Assembly (NCBI RefSeq): GCF_046119375.1
Contig: NW_027366915.1
Coordinates: forward strand, 1-64,000
DNA length: 64,000 nucleotides
Reading direction: 5' to 3'
From: Phyllobates terribilis
Lineage: Eukaryota
Made by a program: the position numbers and the translations under genes. Shown here piece by piece: positions 48,295-60,430 of this stretch (positions are counted from its first letter, which is position 1; each line of letters opens with the position of its first letter). The notes beneath the pieces are model-generated. The model was not told the DNA's origin and searched no databases. It saw only the letters and a list, made by a program, of their open reading frames with translations.

Positions 48295-48600
48295 AGTATA
48301 CATATATCGTTTTCTAAAGTGATGTCAATAGATTCCTGAAACGATATTAATTAAGGTATTAAATGTATACATATATCAATTCTTGAAGTGATATAATAGA
48401 ATCCTGAAATGATACAAAATAAGGTTTTAACAATATAAATATATCAATCCCTGAAGTTATATAATAGAACCCTGAAGCTATACAAATTAAGGCTTTATAA
48501 TATACATATATCAATCCCTAAAGTGATGCTAATGGATCCTTAATCGATACAAAATCAGTTTTAAGAATATACATATATCATTGTGTGAAGTGATGCTAAT
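48295..48600. repeat. Degenerate ~67-bp tandem repeat (about 5 units) upstream of the F-box gene
   Basis: Unit approximately TATACATATATCAATCCCTGAAGTGATATAATAGAATCCTGAAATGATACAAAATAAGGTTTTAA; GAAGTGAT motifs continue to ~48830. Confidence 0.8.
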
Positions 48601-50312
48601 TGATCTCTGAAGCAACAAATAAATAATTTGTGTATCAAAGAATCTCGGAAATGATGTCAATTAATTAATGATATAAACATATATATTAATCATTCAAGTG
48701 AACATATCAATGAGTCACAGAAGTGATGCAGTTAATTATATATCAATGGTTTCCGGGAGTGATTTCAGTTAAGTTCACATATATTAATCACTGAAGTGAA
48801 AATATATCCCCGGAGTGATAAATATTAGCTTAGATTTATATTATTTACTTTACTATTTGTTAGTTCGTATATCTTCCAATTAGCGCTTTAAGCTATAGAG
48901 AGCTTACAAGCTTAAGTGCCAAAAGTAAGATTAAACAATGGAAGCTTAGTTGTCTTTCAAAGATTTTCCAAAAGTGAGAACCCTAGACTTCTAGTAAGTC
49001 CGGGATAAAATTCACTACTACTTCTTTATTGACTGACAAGATTACACTTATAAAATGAAGAACAACACTCTCTAGCTCTCTCTAGCTCTCTAGTATTTTT
49101 TCTTACTTTCTCTCTAAAGCGCAACTCTCAAACAACAAAAAAACTCTCTCAGCACTAAAAGTGAAATACTCTCAAGCTTAGTGAATTATATGCAATGTGG
49201 GACGTCTCTAACATTCACTATTCATAAGCTATTTATAGAAGCTCTAACTAACTTTGTTTTAGCATGACTTCTCTAGCTTATCCTCCAAGAAACACTACAA
49301 GTCAGCAATTCTCAAGAATGTGCTTGTTTGCATCAGTAATTCGTGCGCTTTATGTTTCTTTGCTTGATGATCTCGCGATCCACGTCAAAAATCTGTGTGC
49401 TTTGCATTTCTCTATGTCAACGATCCCCGGGGTTGTGCCTTCTTGTAGTTGGCAACTCTAATAACCTTTCAGCTGTCATTTTCCAACTACATTTAAAGCT
49501 TGTTGCCCTTCCTTCTATGTATAAACACTTATCATGCTTCATGCAAGCCACTGGAAACCTTCCACATGTTTGACGTTGATTTCGGGATTGATTTCTCTTG
49601 CTTTACTTCTTTCGCTAAACAGCGTGATCCTCTCGCTGCTTATTATAGTATTGGCGAGACTCTGCTTTTCCCGCTAAATTCTACCTCGGTCTATAAATGG
49701 TTAAGCTGGATCTTTTGCTTTTAAGCTAGACCTAAAACTCCTCGAGCATGACTTGTCAAGCTTAAAACACACATAGATTTGTCATTATCAAAACAAGAGA
49801 AGCCGTTAAGCTAGCTTAGCATTAACCAACAATTTCCCGCTTTTTGATGATGACAAACCTATACATGACTGCATACTTACTCAGTTAAGCTCAATTTCCA
49901 TCGAGATCGATCAATATACACAGTCATGCATACGAGCCGTATAGTTAAACTTAAAAACACTTACCAAGTTACCTTTGTTACCCCTTAGACCAAGACGGTC
50001 TAAGTCACATCTCAATACGACAAAACCTTATGCACCTGTTCACTTCCCCCTTTTGACATCATCGAAAAACATCAAGCTTAACTCTACAGAGAAAACTATA
50101 TAAAGATGTGCATTCAAGCTCAACTCAACAAACATGCATAAAAGTCAGTAGAACCAGTCAAGCTATATCGCAACCATGAATCAAGCGCAAGACTCTAATC
50201 ATCAAAAGCATACTGTATTATATAAGCCTTACATCTTTTCCAGCAGAAAACCTAGGGAGCTAGCAACTTGACAGCAAAAAAAACATAAAGCACAAGCATA
50301 CATCAACCCCAA

Positions 50313-51924
50313 TCACCTACTTCCCATAACTTTCACTAGCAAATCCAAAAGTTCTGTCACCTTCTCTAACTGAGAATCAAGACCATTGATCTTGCTCTCC
50401 ATGAAATCACAATGGACCAGAATATCCTTCTCTATTATGTAGAGGGTCTGGGGAGTAGTCTCTGGCTCATGGCCATAAGTAATACCCAAGGGCTGGCTCT
50501 TCTCCTCTAGGACTGGTGCCTTGCTCTTAGCTGTAGCGAGTAACTCAGAGACAACCTCACAAGATAGACGAGTCAAACACCTTCTCTTTAGCGGGCTCAT
50601 AGATCTTCTTCATGGAAATCAAATTCTTAATGATGTGGGGAAAAGGGAGATGGTGGGAGGTGGATGCTCTGCAAGTGACCATGTGAGAAAACATAATCTG
50701 AGCAATTTTGATTATCTCACCAGCAAGAACGTGTTCCATGAGACAGCCATCAGCTATAGTGACAGTGTCGAGATTCTGAGAGTGAGGCATGATATTGTGG
50801 GTGATGAAGAAATGAAGGAGCTTCTTGTAGAAGGGGAGTGAGTCGGTATTCAAAAAAGAAGGTACATTTTTACCAAATATAGCTTGCTTGATATACTTGG
50901 CGTCTTTTGGCCAATTCTTCATGAAGACTTTGTTGTAGCCAGTCAAGCTGTCTTGCCAATAACTCAAGCAAAGTCCTTCATAGAAAAAATAATCATTCTT
51001 CCCCATCCAGACAATATACACCATATTAGTTGGTCTATCGCCTTGAGTAGGTACAACAGTGAGGGTTGCGTAGAATCAGCGCACCACATCTAGGTCCACC
51101 TCAGAGGGAGTGGTCTCAAGCACGCGCCAACCTTGAATCTCGAGCAACTGCCGGAAGCGCTTAGTGCCATATTCCTTCTCAATTGTCGACAATGTATCAT
51201 GGGCGACAATGACAGGCTCTAGGATTTCGCGCTTGGAAATCACATAAGGAATAGGAGGGAGAGAGGAAAGATCAGAAGACTTACTTGAGGCGCGCTTACT
51301 TTTCTTTCTCTTCTCCTCCTATACAACAGCCAAAGCACGAGCCATATCATCATCATCGACACTCACCTCATCGACATCAACCTCACAAGAACGCTTGACA
51401 CATTCCTTCGCCCTGCGAGAATCAATGTGATGCTCATGGGGAAGAGTGGTAAACTCCTTATCCTCTTCTTCATCCTCAACCTCCATAGAGAAAATATGGG
51501 TAGATATCCTTGAGGGAGGAAGAAGATTCTCTCCGGAACCGGAAATGGTTTTCTTGGACTTAGGGGAGGGACAATCATCATGAGCTGTGAGATCGACCTT
51601 TTTAGGTGGAGACTTGAGCACCTTTGTTCGAGTCTTGTCACGCAACATCAACGACTATGGTTTTGACCACCTCAGTTATAGGGTCGAGTGGTTCTTGAGT
51701 CGCTTTCGGAGCGCTTGTCTCCTCTGTTACATTCTCAACATCAGGAGTTTCAGGGGTAAGAGTGGTAGTTTTGGTCTATGGAGTTGGTGGAGGTGTAGTG
51801 TGGGTAAAGGAAGGGCCAACTGAAAAGGTGGTGGAACTTATTTTACTATTCTTGAAAAGCAAGAAACTGCTTCAAAGATTTCCTCATCAAGAGTCATTTA
51901 GATGGGCTTGGAAGAGGTAGACAT
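50313..51924 (-). pseudogene. Sirevirus env-like accessory ORF of copia D (fragmented)
   Basis: MSTSSKPI... acidic linker ...KKLLHFFITHNIMPHSQNLDTVTIADGCLMEH...HLPFPHII...; C-terminal coiled-coil-like MESKINGLDSQLEKVTELL. Confidence 0.75.
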
Positions 51925-52477
51925 TTTGGGAAGGTAGAGGCTTGTGAATGAGGAGCGAGATGTAGGTAATGGTATGAGAGGACTAGCAAGAAATGGTGAG
52001 AGAGAGTAGGGAGAGGGATGGGATTTGAGAGAGAGATAAATGAAAGGTAGAGGGAAAAGTCGCACTGTACCTAGAAATATATAGGAAAGCTCGCTCAATC
52101 CAAGCGCAACCCAACGGATCAATCAAACAGCTAAAATCCAACGGCTAGATCTCAAACGGCTATACCCCGATGCATTGTCAAAAGTTGTCGCAGTCATGCT
52201 ATAATTAAAGCGACACCTTTACCAACGGCTACAAAGCCAACTGACTCTGCTTGAAACCTGGAACCCATGTGCCTTTTCTTTTAACAACACAACACACGCT
52301 ATCCAACAGCTCAACTAAATCAACTCAGTTACTAGTAATGGGTAAGTAGTTTGATCATGCTTGAGTTGTGATGTAATAAAAAGTGCTAACATGAATTTTA
52401 AAGCGCAAGTATGTAGAAAATGCACATTTCTTATAAGGACAGTACACTCACACTCAATACATATAGAAGACATTTCT

Positions 52478-52965
52478 GGTGCGGCCTAATTTTCAGTGCG
52501 GACTATCACAACTGGTGCACTTTTCGCATATTATTGGTGAACTCTCAGTACAATACCAAATGTAATATTGGTGCACTCTTTCAGTGCACTACTGTGCACT
52601 CTTCAATAGGGTACTGATGCACTACTTGGTGTACTAAGGTGCACTTCCCAGTAGTGCACTGGTGCACTCCTAAGTGTACTAAGGTGCACTTCCCAGTAGT
52701 GCACTGGTGCACTCCTCGGTGTACTAAGGTGCCCTTCCTAGTAGTGCACTGGTGCACTCCTCGGTACATTATTGGTGCACTCCTCAGTAGTGTACTGGTG
52801 CACTCCTCGGTACACTACCAGTGCACTCTACAGTAGTTCACTACCAGGTGCACTCTACAGTAGTGCACTGGTGCACTTTCTAGTAGTGCACTGGTGCACT
52901 ATCTTGTAATATACTGGTTCAGTAACATAGTCCTCACAGTCCGCACGGAAAAGTTAGTCCGCACC
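52478..52965. mobile_element. Fold-back MITE with internal 45-bp palindromic tandem repeats, inserted in copia D
   Basis: TIRs GGTGCGGCCTAATTTTCAGTGCGGACT / AGTCCGCACGGAAAAGTTAGTCCGCACC. Unit GTGTACTAAGGTGCACTTCCCAGTAGTGCACTGGTGCACTCCT(AA/CG), 3-4 copies from ~52631. Confidence 0.8.
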
Positions 52966-55900
52966 CGATTAACCCTATATATATATATAACAAGCACGTC
53001 AATATAAGGGGGATATTAGGCTTTTTGACACCAAAATAAATACTTCCAGGGTAGATCTATAGGGTCTAGGAAGTGTTACATTAAGGTAAGGCTTAGGACA
53101 CCAATAAAAGTGGATCATTTCTAAGGGCTTGTAATATGGCTAGAATGCAATCACCACACTCTATTTTGGGTCGAAATAAGAGGTTGCTATTGATGTTGAC
53201 CAGAGTAATGAGCTTAAAAGCAATATACAAGTATAGCTAAGCCAGCCTTTTGGAGTAGATAATGCATGAAAGCAGGATAAGCAAGAAGCACAACCAAGAT
53301 AAAGTTCCCAAAGTAGATAAAGCAGGCTAGTTCATAGTCAATGTAGGGAAAAACTTACAGTGCATACAAAGATGGTCTAATTGAGAGGAATAAGACCGAG
53401 CTGAAGCCTAGGGTGCAAGAAGGGTAACCTGTTGAGTGCCTTAGTGAAATATCAGATGTTTGCTCTTATGTAGGCACATGGACTAGCTCAATGTGTGTGC
53501 GCTCGACATGATCAAGTGATGGCATACACCAATGTGTTTGCTTCGTGAGTGATGCACTAGATTCTTCGAGACACTAATAGCGCTAGTGTTATCACATTTG
53601 ATTTGAAGTGTACCCAGCGAATAGGGAGGCCTAGGCTTTTTCTCCAAAAGAAGTGCTAAGGTATGAAGAGCACTAAATGCATCACCTTTAGACTTGAGGA
53701 AAAGAGTCTAGGTGAATCTAGAATAGTTATCTACTAAGACATAAATTTAACAATTACCTCCCTTACTGTGGATTCATAGTGGTCCGCATAGATCCATGTG
53801 AATTATCTCTAGAGGAGCTTTAGTGGACACTATCTTTTTGGGAGCGAATGAGCTTTTGCTCGCTTTTGATCTTGAGAACTCGGAGCACAATGTCATGGAT
53901 TCAGACTTGATGCGAGGGAGACCATGAACAAGATTTTTAGACTGTAGCTTGTGTAACAAATGCAAACTAGCGTGTCCCATACACTGGTGTCACAGATTGG
54001 ACTGCTCTTTAAGTATAGTGAGACAGATGCGTCACGCTGGAGAGAAATTGTAATCGAAAAGATAAGTATTATCCTCTCGCTTACCTTTCATCAAATTTCT
54101 TGATTTGGATCTCTCACAACATAGGACTTCATGTTGAAGGTGGCATTATTTCCTCCTTGATCGCACAATTGAGCTACACTTAGTAGATTGAACCTGAGAC
54201 TATCGACTAGATTGACATCTCTGACTTCGATGGAGTTGGTGAGATGGACACTTCCGCTTGCTTTTACCTTACCTTGCTTCTTGTCACCAAAAGTGATGTT
54301 TCCCCCTTCCTTAGCTCGAAATGGGAGTAGTAAAGATGGATAGCCCGTCATATGGCACGAGCAACCGCTATCAATGTACCACCTACTTTTCATTCCAACA
54401 TGCAAAAAGAAAGATCAAGCTTTGGGTACCCAATGAAGCTTTGGCTTTGTGGGTTCATTGGCCATAGCAGCTCCTGAGCTGAAAGGTAGAACTTTCAGCT
54501 TAATAGCTCACAGGTTTAAAATAGCTAGGATCATTTATATTAAGCACTTGATGAGGTTTGGCCTTGAGAGGATTATCTTTTTGTGATTTGGTTTGTGTTT
54601 CTTGGATTTTGAGGACCTAGAATATACAAAATTGGTCTTAGAAGACCCGCTCTGGTCAAGCTTGCCATCAGCGAGACTAGTTTGATCGAGGTTGCCCTTA
54701 CCAGAGTTAGCCTTAATAGGCTTGCAGGGCTTGTTCTTGAGTGTAATTAAGAGTTCACACTCATGCCTGGAGTGACCGTTCCTTCCATAGAAAGTACAAT
54801 AGTGATTATATCTGACATAACCATGTTAGGAATACAAATCGAACTACTTACCTTCCTAAATAACCACATCCATCTCTTACAGTAAACTCTGCTCCATCAG
54901 TTGTAATTCCATAGGACAATGTTTACATTCCACATATCAACACACAACCGCCAATCCGCCCGTTATGCCACTGGAGCAACAACAGGTACATACATTCCAA
55001 AAATATTTGAAAACAAATCCTGATAGACAGCGGATACCCTTCCTCATCATTAAAACAATCAACCTGAAGAAGAGATCCAAGAATAGCATGAACATTTAGT
55101 GATTTTGAGCTAGATTTTTTGAAGGAAATTTCAAGGTTGTTTGAAGGACGTTCACCCTAGCATCTGATGCAAGCATGCCCTGTATTTAAATGATCCGAGG
55201 CAAATGTGAGACTACCACTGACTATGGTGTCCTCCTTAGGTAACATTTTGTTAACTTATTACATTACTTATTATTTATATTATTGAATTTAACATTTCTA
55301 GTAAGTTATTTCTATTTCAAGACATGTGTCTCCCGTTTGCATGATGGACCGATCCGCTAGAATAAGGCCAAAACCCTAGTTTCCTTCCTAAGGTTATACA
55401 TAGCCTCCATTGTTGCACATCTGGATTACGTTGAATTTAGCTAAGCTTTGTCTTAAGTAATCTCCACCCTTACCCCAATATCAAACCCGGTTTGGGCTCG
55501 CACCTCAATAAGCTGTTATCGTCGCTCATCTTGTTTCCCAAACACAATCAAACACGAAAAAACAATTCGACAACCCGATAAATGTGCTTGATCTATATCC
55601 GCGCACAAGACGAATCCCTCGTTGTTTTCGTATCAACATCCATGTGAACATCTAAGACATAAAAATTACATTAGCAAACTGTTCAACCGATTCGATATGA
55701 ATAAGATCAGGTTCTAACAAAGAGATAGATGCAAACAAAAAAGTATAAATTTACAATAAATTGAAATAACCTCTGCTGGAGTAGTCATAAACTACTCTAC
55801 CAAGAATAGTAGGAGTACATTCATAAGGACTAAGCAGTGGTATGTTAGCAGGTGATTGAGGAAGTTCCGTCATATAATTCAAAAACAACCTATAATTCTG

Positions 55901-56153
55901 GTTGTTGAAGAAAACCAAGGATTGTTTCACTTCGAATAATGGATACCAATTTCCATTTCCATCTTCCACGATGTTGCCAGAAAGAACAATAGTGCAAGTG
56001 CCAGTTGTCTCTACGTTCAAGAGGTTAATAAATTGTTATACTATTTTTTGAAAACATACTTTTTTAAATTATACATCTAAAGAAGATACCTTTGTCGCAT
56101 AATTTAAACATGTAAATTACAAGTTTGATACACTTGGTGACACTCTTGGCTAC

Positions 56154-56655
56154 TGTTGGAGCTCAGGAACCTTCGCGTAGTCAACACTCTACACGAGGGC
56201 TTTCGTTCTCTTCGAGGATGTGGGAGTTATTCTTCGCGTTGCTGAGGATGATCTTCGTGGTGAGAAGGACTTCGTGTTTGGATGGGCTTCGTGTACCTGC
56301 GTATCAAACCTAGAGGAGGGAGGCCTCTGGATTTGACTCTCCGACGCTCAAGTTAGAATTCATTCGCGCAAGTGTGTTATACGAAATGAAATAATGTAAT
56401 TGGGTGAGGCAGGGTAGAGAGAAAGAGAGAGAGTTCGCGAAGCGATAACGTTGGGAGAGTTAAGTAATGATAACACGAAGCAAAAAGAGAGAGCTCTCGA
56501 TTTTACTATAAATGGCAGGAATGAACAGTTATCAGTCGCTTTCAACTCTTCAGACCCCTATTTATAGGCTGGAACTCTAAATGGACCTTGGGTCATTTCT
56601 AGATGGGCCGCGCCCTCCTCTCTCATTTGGGCCTGAGAGAGAATGGGGTCCAACA
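56154..56655 (-). repeat. 3' LTR of the Tat element (502 bp)
   Basis: TGTTGG/CCAACA terminal inverted repeat, adjacent to the PPT. Confidence 0.85.
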
Positions 56656-56759
56656 TCCACCCCCTAGGGTTTACGTGCCTTCTTCACGAAACCCTTGTCT
56701 ATTCGTTGGGGACCCTTCACATTTCACTTCTACGCGCGAGGTTTCAGACTTCTTCCATC

Positions 56760-56820
56760 CACCACGTGTCAGTCATTGATTAGATGACCTTTGCCATTCT
56801 TCCCTGACTTATAAAAAGGG
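56760..56820 (+). promoter_or_regulatory. Candidate promoter of the antisense gene in the Tat element
   Basis: CCACGTGTC (G-box/ABRE) at 56762 and TATAAAAA at 56810, followed by a CT-rich leader. Confidence 0.5.
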
Positions 56821-57014
56821 GGCCGACTCTCCCTGTTTCTCATTCTCGCCTCCTACTCTCCCATTATCTTCTCCAAAACTCTCTCCTTCTTACTGTTCAT
56901 CTTCTCCGACGATTTTCATGCTTCCCGGCATTCAACCTGGTTGCGCTGGCTCGTTGCAGACTCCGTGGTGGCTCCGCCGAACCGCCCACTCCCCTGCTCG
57001 CTGCTCTGGCCACC

Positions 57015-57758
57015 ATGTCTGGTTAGTATTCTCCTACCATCTCCGGCTTCTTTTTTGCTCTTATTATTTTATCGTCGCTCTTGCTCTCTTTCCGGCAAGG
57101 GATTCCGGCGACGAAGGACCTTGGTGCGCTGTGGTAGGGTGCCGTGAAGGGGGAAAACCTCTTCCTTTTCCCTTCCGTCTGCCTGAAAGGGGGCTTTCCC
57201 TCTACCCCTGGCCTCCGTCCGTCCTCTGTTACCCTCGCCGGATTCTTCTTTCGCTGTCTCGGAGCTGTCATTTCAAAAAGGAGCTTCATCCCATCACATC
57301 ACCTGCTCCGTCGTTTCAACTCCTTCCACGTTTTTCGAGGCACGAAATGAGGAAAAACCCTTTTTACCCTTGTCTTTTGAACTTCCTCTTTCTTCGGGTT
57401 GGGCGCCCGAGTTTTTTCTTGGGAGGGATAAATATTGTTTTCCGCAAAAAACCTGGCTTTTGCTAAATCCTCCTTCGCGAGATACCACTATATTTATCAT
57501 ACTCCTGAGAACTAACTCGTGCCTTTTTTAGGTTCTAGTTCTTCGACCGATTCGCGTTCGACATCCTCGTCTAGTGCCTCTTCGTCTAAAACCCACCACG
57601 AGGCTGCTCCACTACGGGTTGTCTTCGCGCAAGGTGATGAGGCTTTAGCAGTATTGAGACCATGAGGTTCTACCCTCGCGCAGCCGCGTATAATGATTCC
57701 AGATAGATACCAAGTGAAATGCCCTCCTGTAAAGATTTACACGGGCCGCATCCCAGGC

Positions 57759-57789
<31 letters not shown>

Positions 57790-59595
57790 TAGAAAATGAA
57801 TTTGCTGGGGGTCGTACTATCCTTACTCTCGAGGAATTAAAGAAGATCGCCAACCTCTACCCTTTCCCTAAAGGCACCATCTTGGCACTTCCCGAGGAGC
57901 GGTGCAAAATGGTGTACAACTATAACGGATGGTTCGCGATTAGTAAGCAAGCGCTGGAAGGTGGCTTTCATCTTCCTCTTCTTCCGTGGGTGGAAATTTA
58001 TCTTAGGGCTACCCGATTTAGTCCCTCTCAGCTTCACCCAATGTTCTGGCGGGCTATCGCGATCTACACTATGCGAGCACAAGATATTGGCTCAAAACCC
58101 GTGTCTACGCGTTTCAACTACATCTACTCGCCTAGGAAGATTTCCGGCCGCACTGGTCTGTTCTCCGTGCGTACGTCGGTCGCATTAGCCTGGAAAATGC
58201 CCACCAATGAGACGATATGGAAGACGCAATGGTTTCTGATCCGTCCTCCTCCCGAGGACACTTTCGCGTATAGCATTCAGACGGGCGTATATCTCTCAAA
58301 CTTCCCAATTGATAAGGACTTCAAGAATAATTTTATCGCTAGATACACAGATTATCATTCTTCCTCCGTGCGTGTGTTCTTACGCGAAGTTACTCGGAAG
58401 CTTCGTGAAGAGAGGGGGCTCAGTCCCCCTCATCCTCCTGTTGGTTGTGTTTTTGTCGATACTTTATGAGAAAAATTTTTGTTTCCATCGTCTAATGTTT
58501 TTTGCGTTATGCAGGCTCAGACTACTTCGATCTTCTCGACTCTTTGCCCCATTTAGACGCAAAGCGAGACAAAGGGGTGGTGAGTGCGGCAAAATCTTCT
58601 TGCCGAGGGGAATCCGAAGGCGTCGACAACGTTCCTCATAAGGGAAAGCTTCTTATTGACCCTCCGTCACATCCCAAACCTCCGTCTGGCGGCGGGGTAG
58701 GGGGATCGCGAAAAAGGAAGAAGTCTGAAGCATCTCCCAAGAAGGGGCCTTCTCGCGTTAAGAAGGTACGCGAGACGGGTTCTAGCTCTAAGCGGGAGGG
58801 CTCTCCTGAAGATATCTTTCCTCCTTTGGAGGCGTCCCTCTGTACTCATGGCTCCTGAGCTGCTTCCTCCCTTGCCCACGCCGGTTCAAGAGGAGCTGGA
58901 TGCTGTGGTTGTTTCTCGTGAACAGCTTATGCTTCTGGTGAGTCATGGATTTCGCGTACAAGACTTGCCCACTTTTAATGTTCTTAATTAATGAGTGTTT
59001 TTCTTTTATAGGCTATGCAACTTATTTACACGGCGGCTTCACATGATGCAGATGAGGAGGGTCAAGGTGAGGCGTTCGACTCTCTTCGCGAAGACTTGAA
59101 GAAATCCGCGGCTAAGGCTGAGGAGGAAAAAGAGAAAAGAGTTCGTGCTGAAAGGGAGCTGGATGTCACGCGGATCCAGCACGCTAAGGAGGTTGTTGAC
59201 ATGAAGGAGAAGCATGCGAAGGAGGTGCGGGATGCTCGCTTCAAGTTTGTTAGTGATTACGTTGGTGGCTATCGCGGAGCTTGCCACACTTCTTATGAAG
59301 GTAGTTACCGTCTTGCCCTTTACCACCTTATGACCAAGGCACAACTGAAGAGTAAGGGGATTAAGGACTTTGTTCTAGACGAGAACGATCGTTGGGTTTT
59401 GAGTCAGCTCCACAACCCTACACCCCTCCTCCCGTGGATACTTTTGTCGATGATGGTGAAGATCCATTGGAGGCCTGGGATGCTCACTCCTTTAGTCTTG
59501 ATAATGGGGTGGTCCCTGGAAAAAATCATTGCCTTCCTAATCCTGCTGCTGCTTTCTTCGTGAAACCGTCTCCTTCCCCTAATCATTCTGAATGA
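57015..59595 (+). pseudogene. Spliced antisense accessory gene (aORF) of the Tat element, Transposase_28-like domain plus coiled coil; 4 exons, mildly disabled
   Basis: Exons 57015-57021 (CACC-ATG TCT G), 57532-58443, 58515-58937 and 59012-59595. GT-AG introns, with CTAAC (57512) and CTAAT (58492) branch sites; phases match. The motif GFHLPL...SPSQLHPMFWRAI...WKTQWFLIR is typical of the Transposase_28 family. TGA at 57663 and frameshifts near 58830 and 59400. Confidence 0.8.
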
Positions 59596-60227
59596 CTTGT
59601 GAATTGTAATGCTGCTTTTGTTTGTGTTGTTGAATAATTTGTATTTTGTTGTGGAACACTTGTTATTTTCTACATCTACTACCCCCCCCCCCGCTTTTTC
59701 GTGTATCTTATACGAAATAGCAAGATCAGACGTTTCTCTTAATGCATTATATTACTTTCTGAAATAGACCATTCATTTTCTTACATACGACTTGTGCATC
59801 GTTCGAAAAATAAACGTGCAATAGCTAACAATACGATCTATCATTTCTTCATGCTTCTTGCTTTCTTCTCCGCAAGTTCTCTACGATGTCGTGGTCTACT
59901 TTTGGGGCTGCGCCGCCGGGGTCCTTCGCGTTGTGGTTTTCTCTTTTGTCGTTGGTGTTCTGCGTGATAGAAGGGTAAGTATGTGCTTACTGGTTTGACT
60001 CTTGGGATTATGGATTTTTACCTTTTTGCTCGAGCTTTCCTGGCCTATGAGCGTTTGTTTCTGTAGGCGGTAACTTCTTTTTTCATGTATACGTTGTTTG
60101 AGTTGATAAGGTATTTGGGTAGATCGCTTTATCCTTCGCGAGGAGAAAATGATAAATAATGTGTATTACCTTGTTGTTTTTCATCGGGTAGCTTTGCTCT
60201 TGTTCGAGGCTTTGTTTCCAACTCCTT

Positions 60228-60430
60228 GGAGGCTTATTCGATCAATGCTCCAAATAGGGGCTTACTTGGCGTTGCTCCCACTCGCCGGAGGCTTATACGA
60301 ATTTAATAGTGCTTTGCACAGCGGAGGCTTACCTAATCAATGCTCCTGGGTCAGGGAGGCTTACTTGGCGTAGCTCCTTCTCAATGGAGGCTTACACGAC
60401 TTTAGAATGCCTCGCGCAGCGAAGGCTTAT
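60228..60430. repeat. Short-motif array GGAGGCTTA(C/T) x7 in the Tat 3' region, with a higher-order ~96-bp period
   Basis: The motif starts at 60228, 60257, 60287, 60323, 60355, 60386 and 60420; spacers 1-3 resemble spacers 4-6. Confidence 0.88.

Larger units (their letters stand above)
48858..54860 (-). mobile_element. Sirevirus-type copia D, internally deleted, 5' end missing
   Basis: 3' LTR 48858-49831 (TGTTGG...AACA); PPTs at 49832, 49977 and 50044; env-like ORF remnants 50313-51924; RNaseH remnant fused to integrase at ~53615; HMDLCGP; WYIDSGCSCHMTG; gag tail with a CTFYGRNGHSRHEC knuckle up to ~54860. Confidence 0.9.

Noticed and set aside
60228-60430. CRISPR-like repeat-spacer appearance (also the hairpin units at 10476-10620)
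   Set aside because: Plant nuclear context with no cas genes; the repeats are too short and the spacers are homologous to each other.
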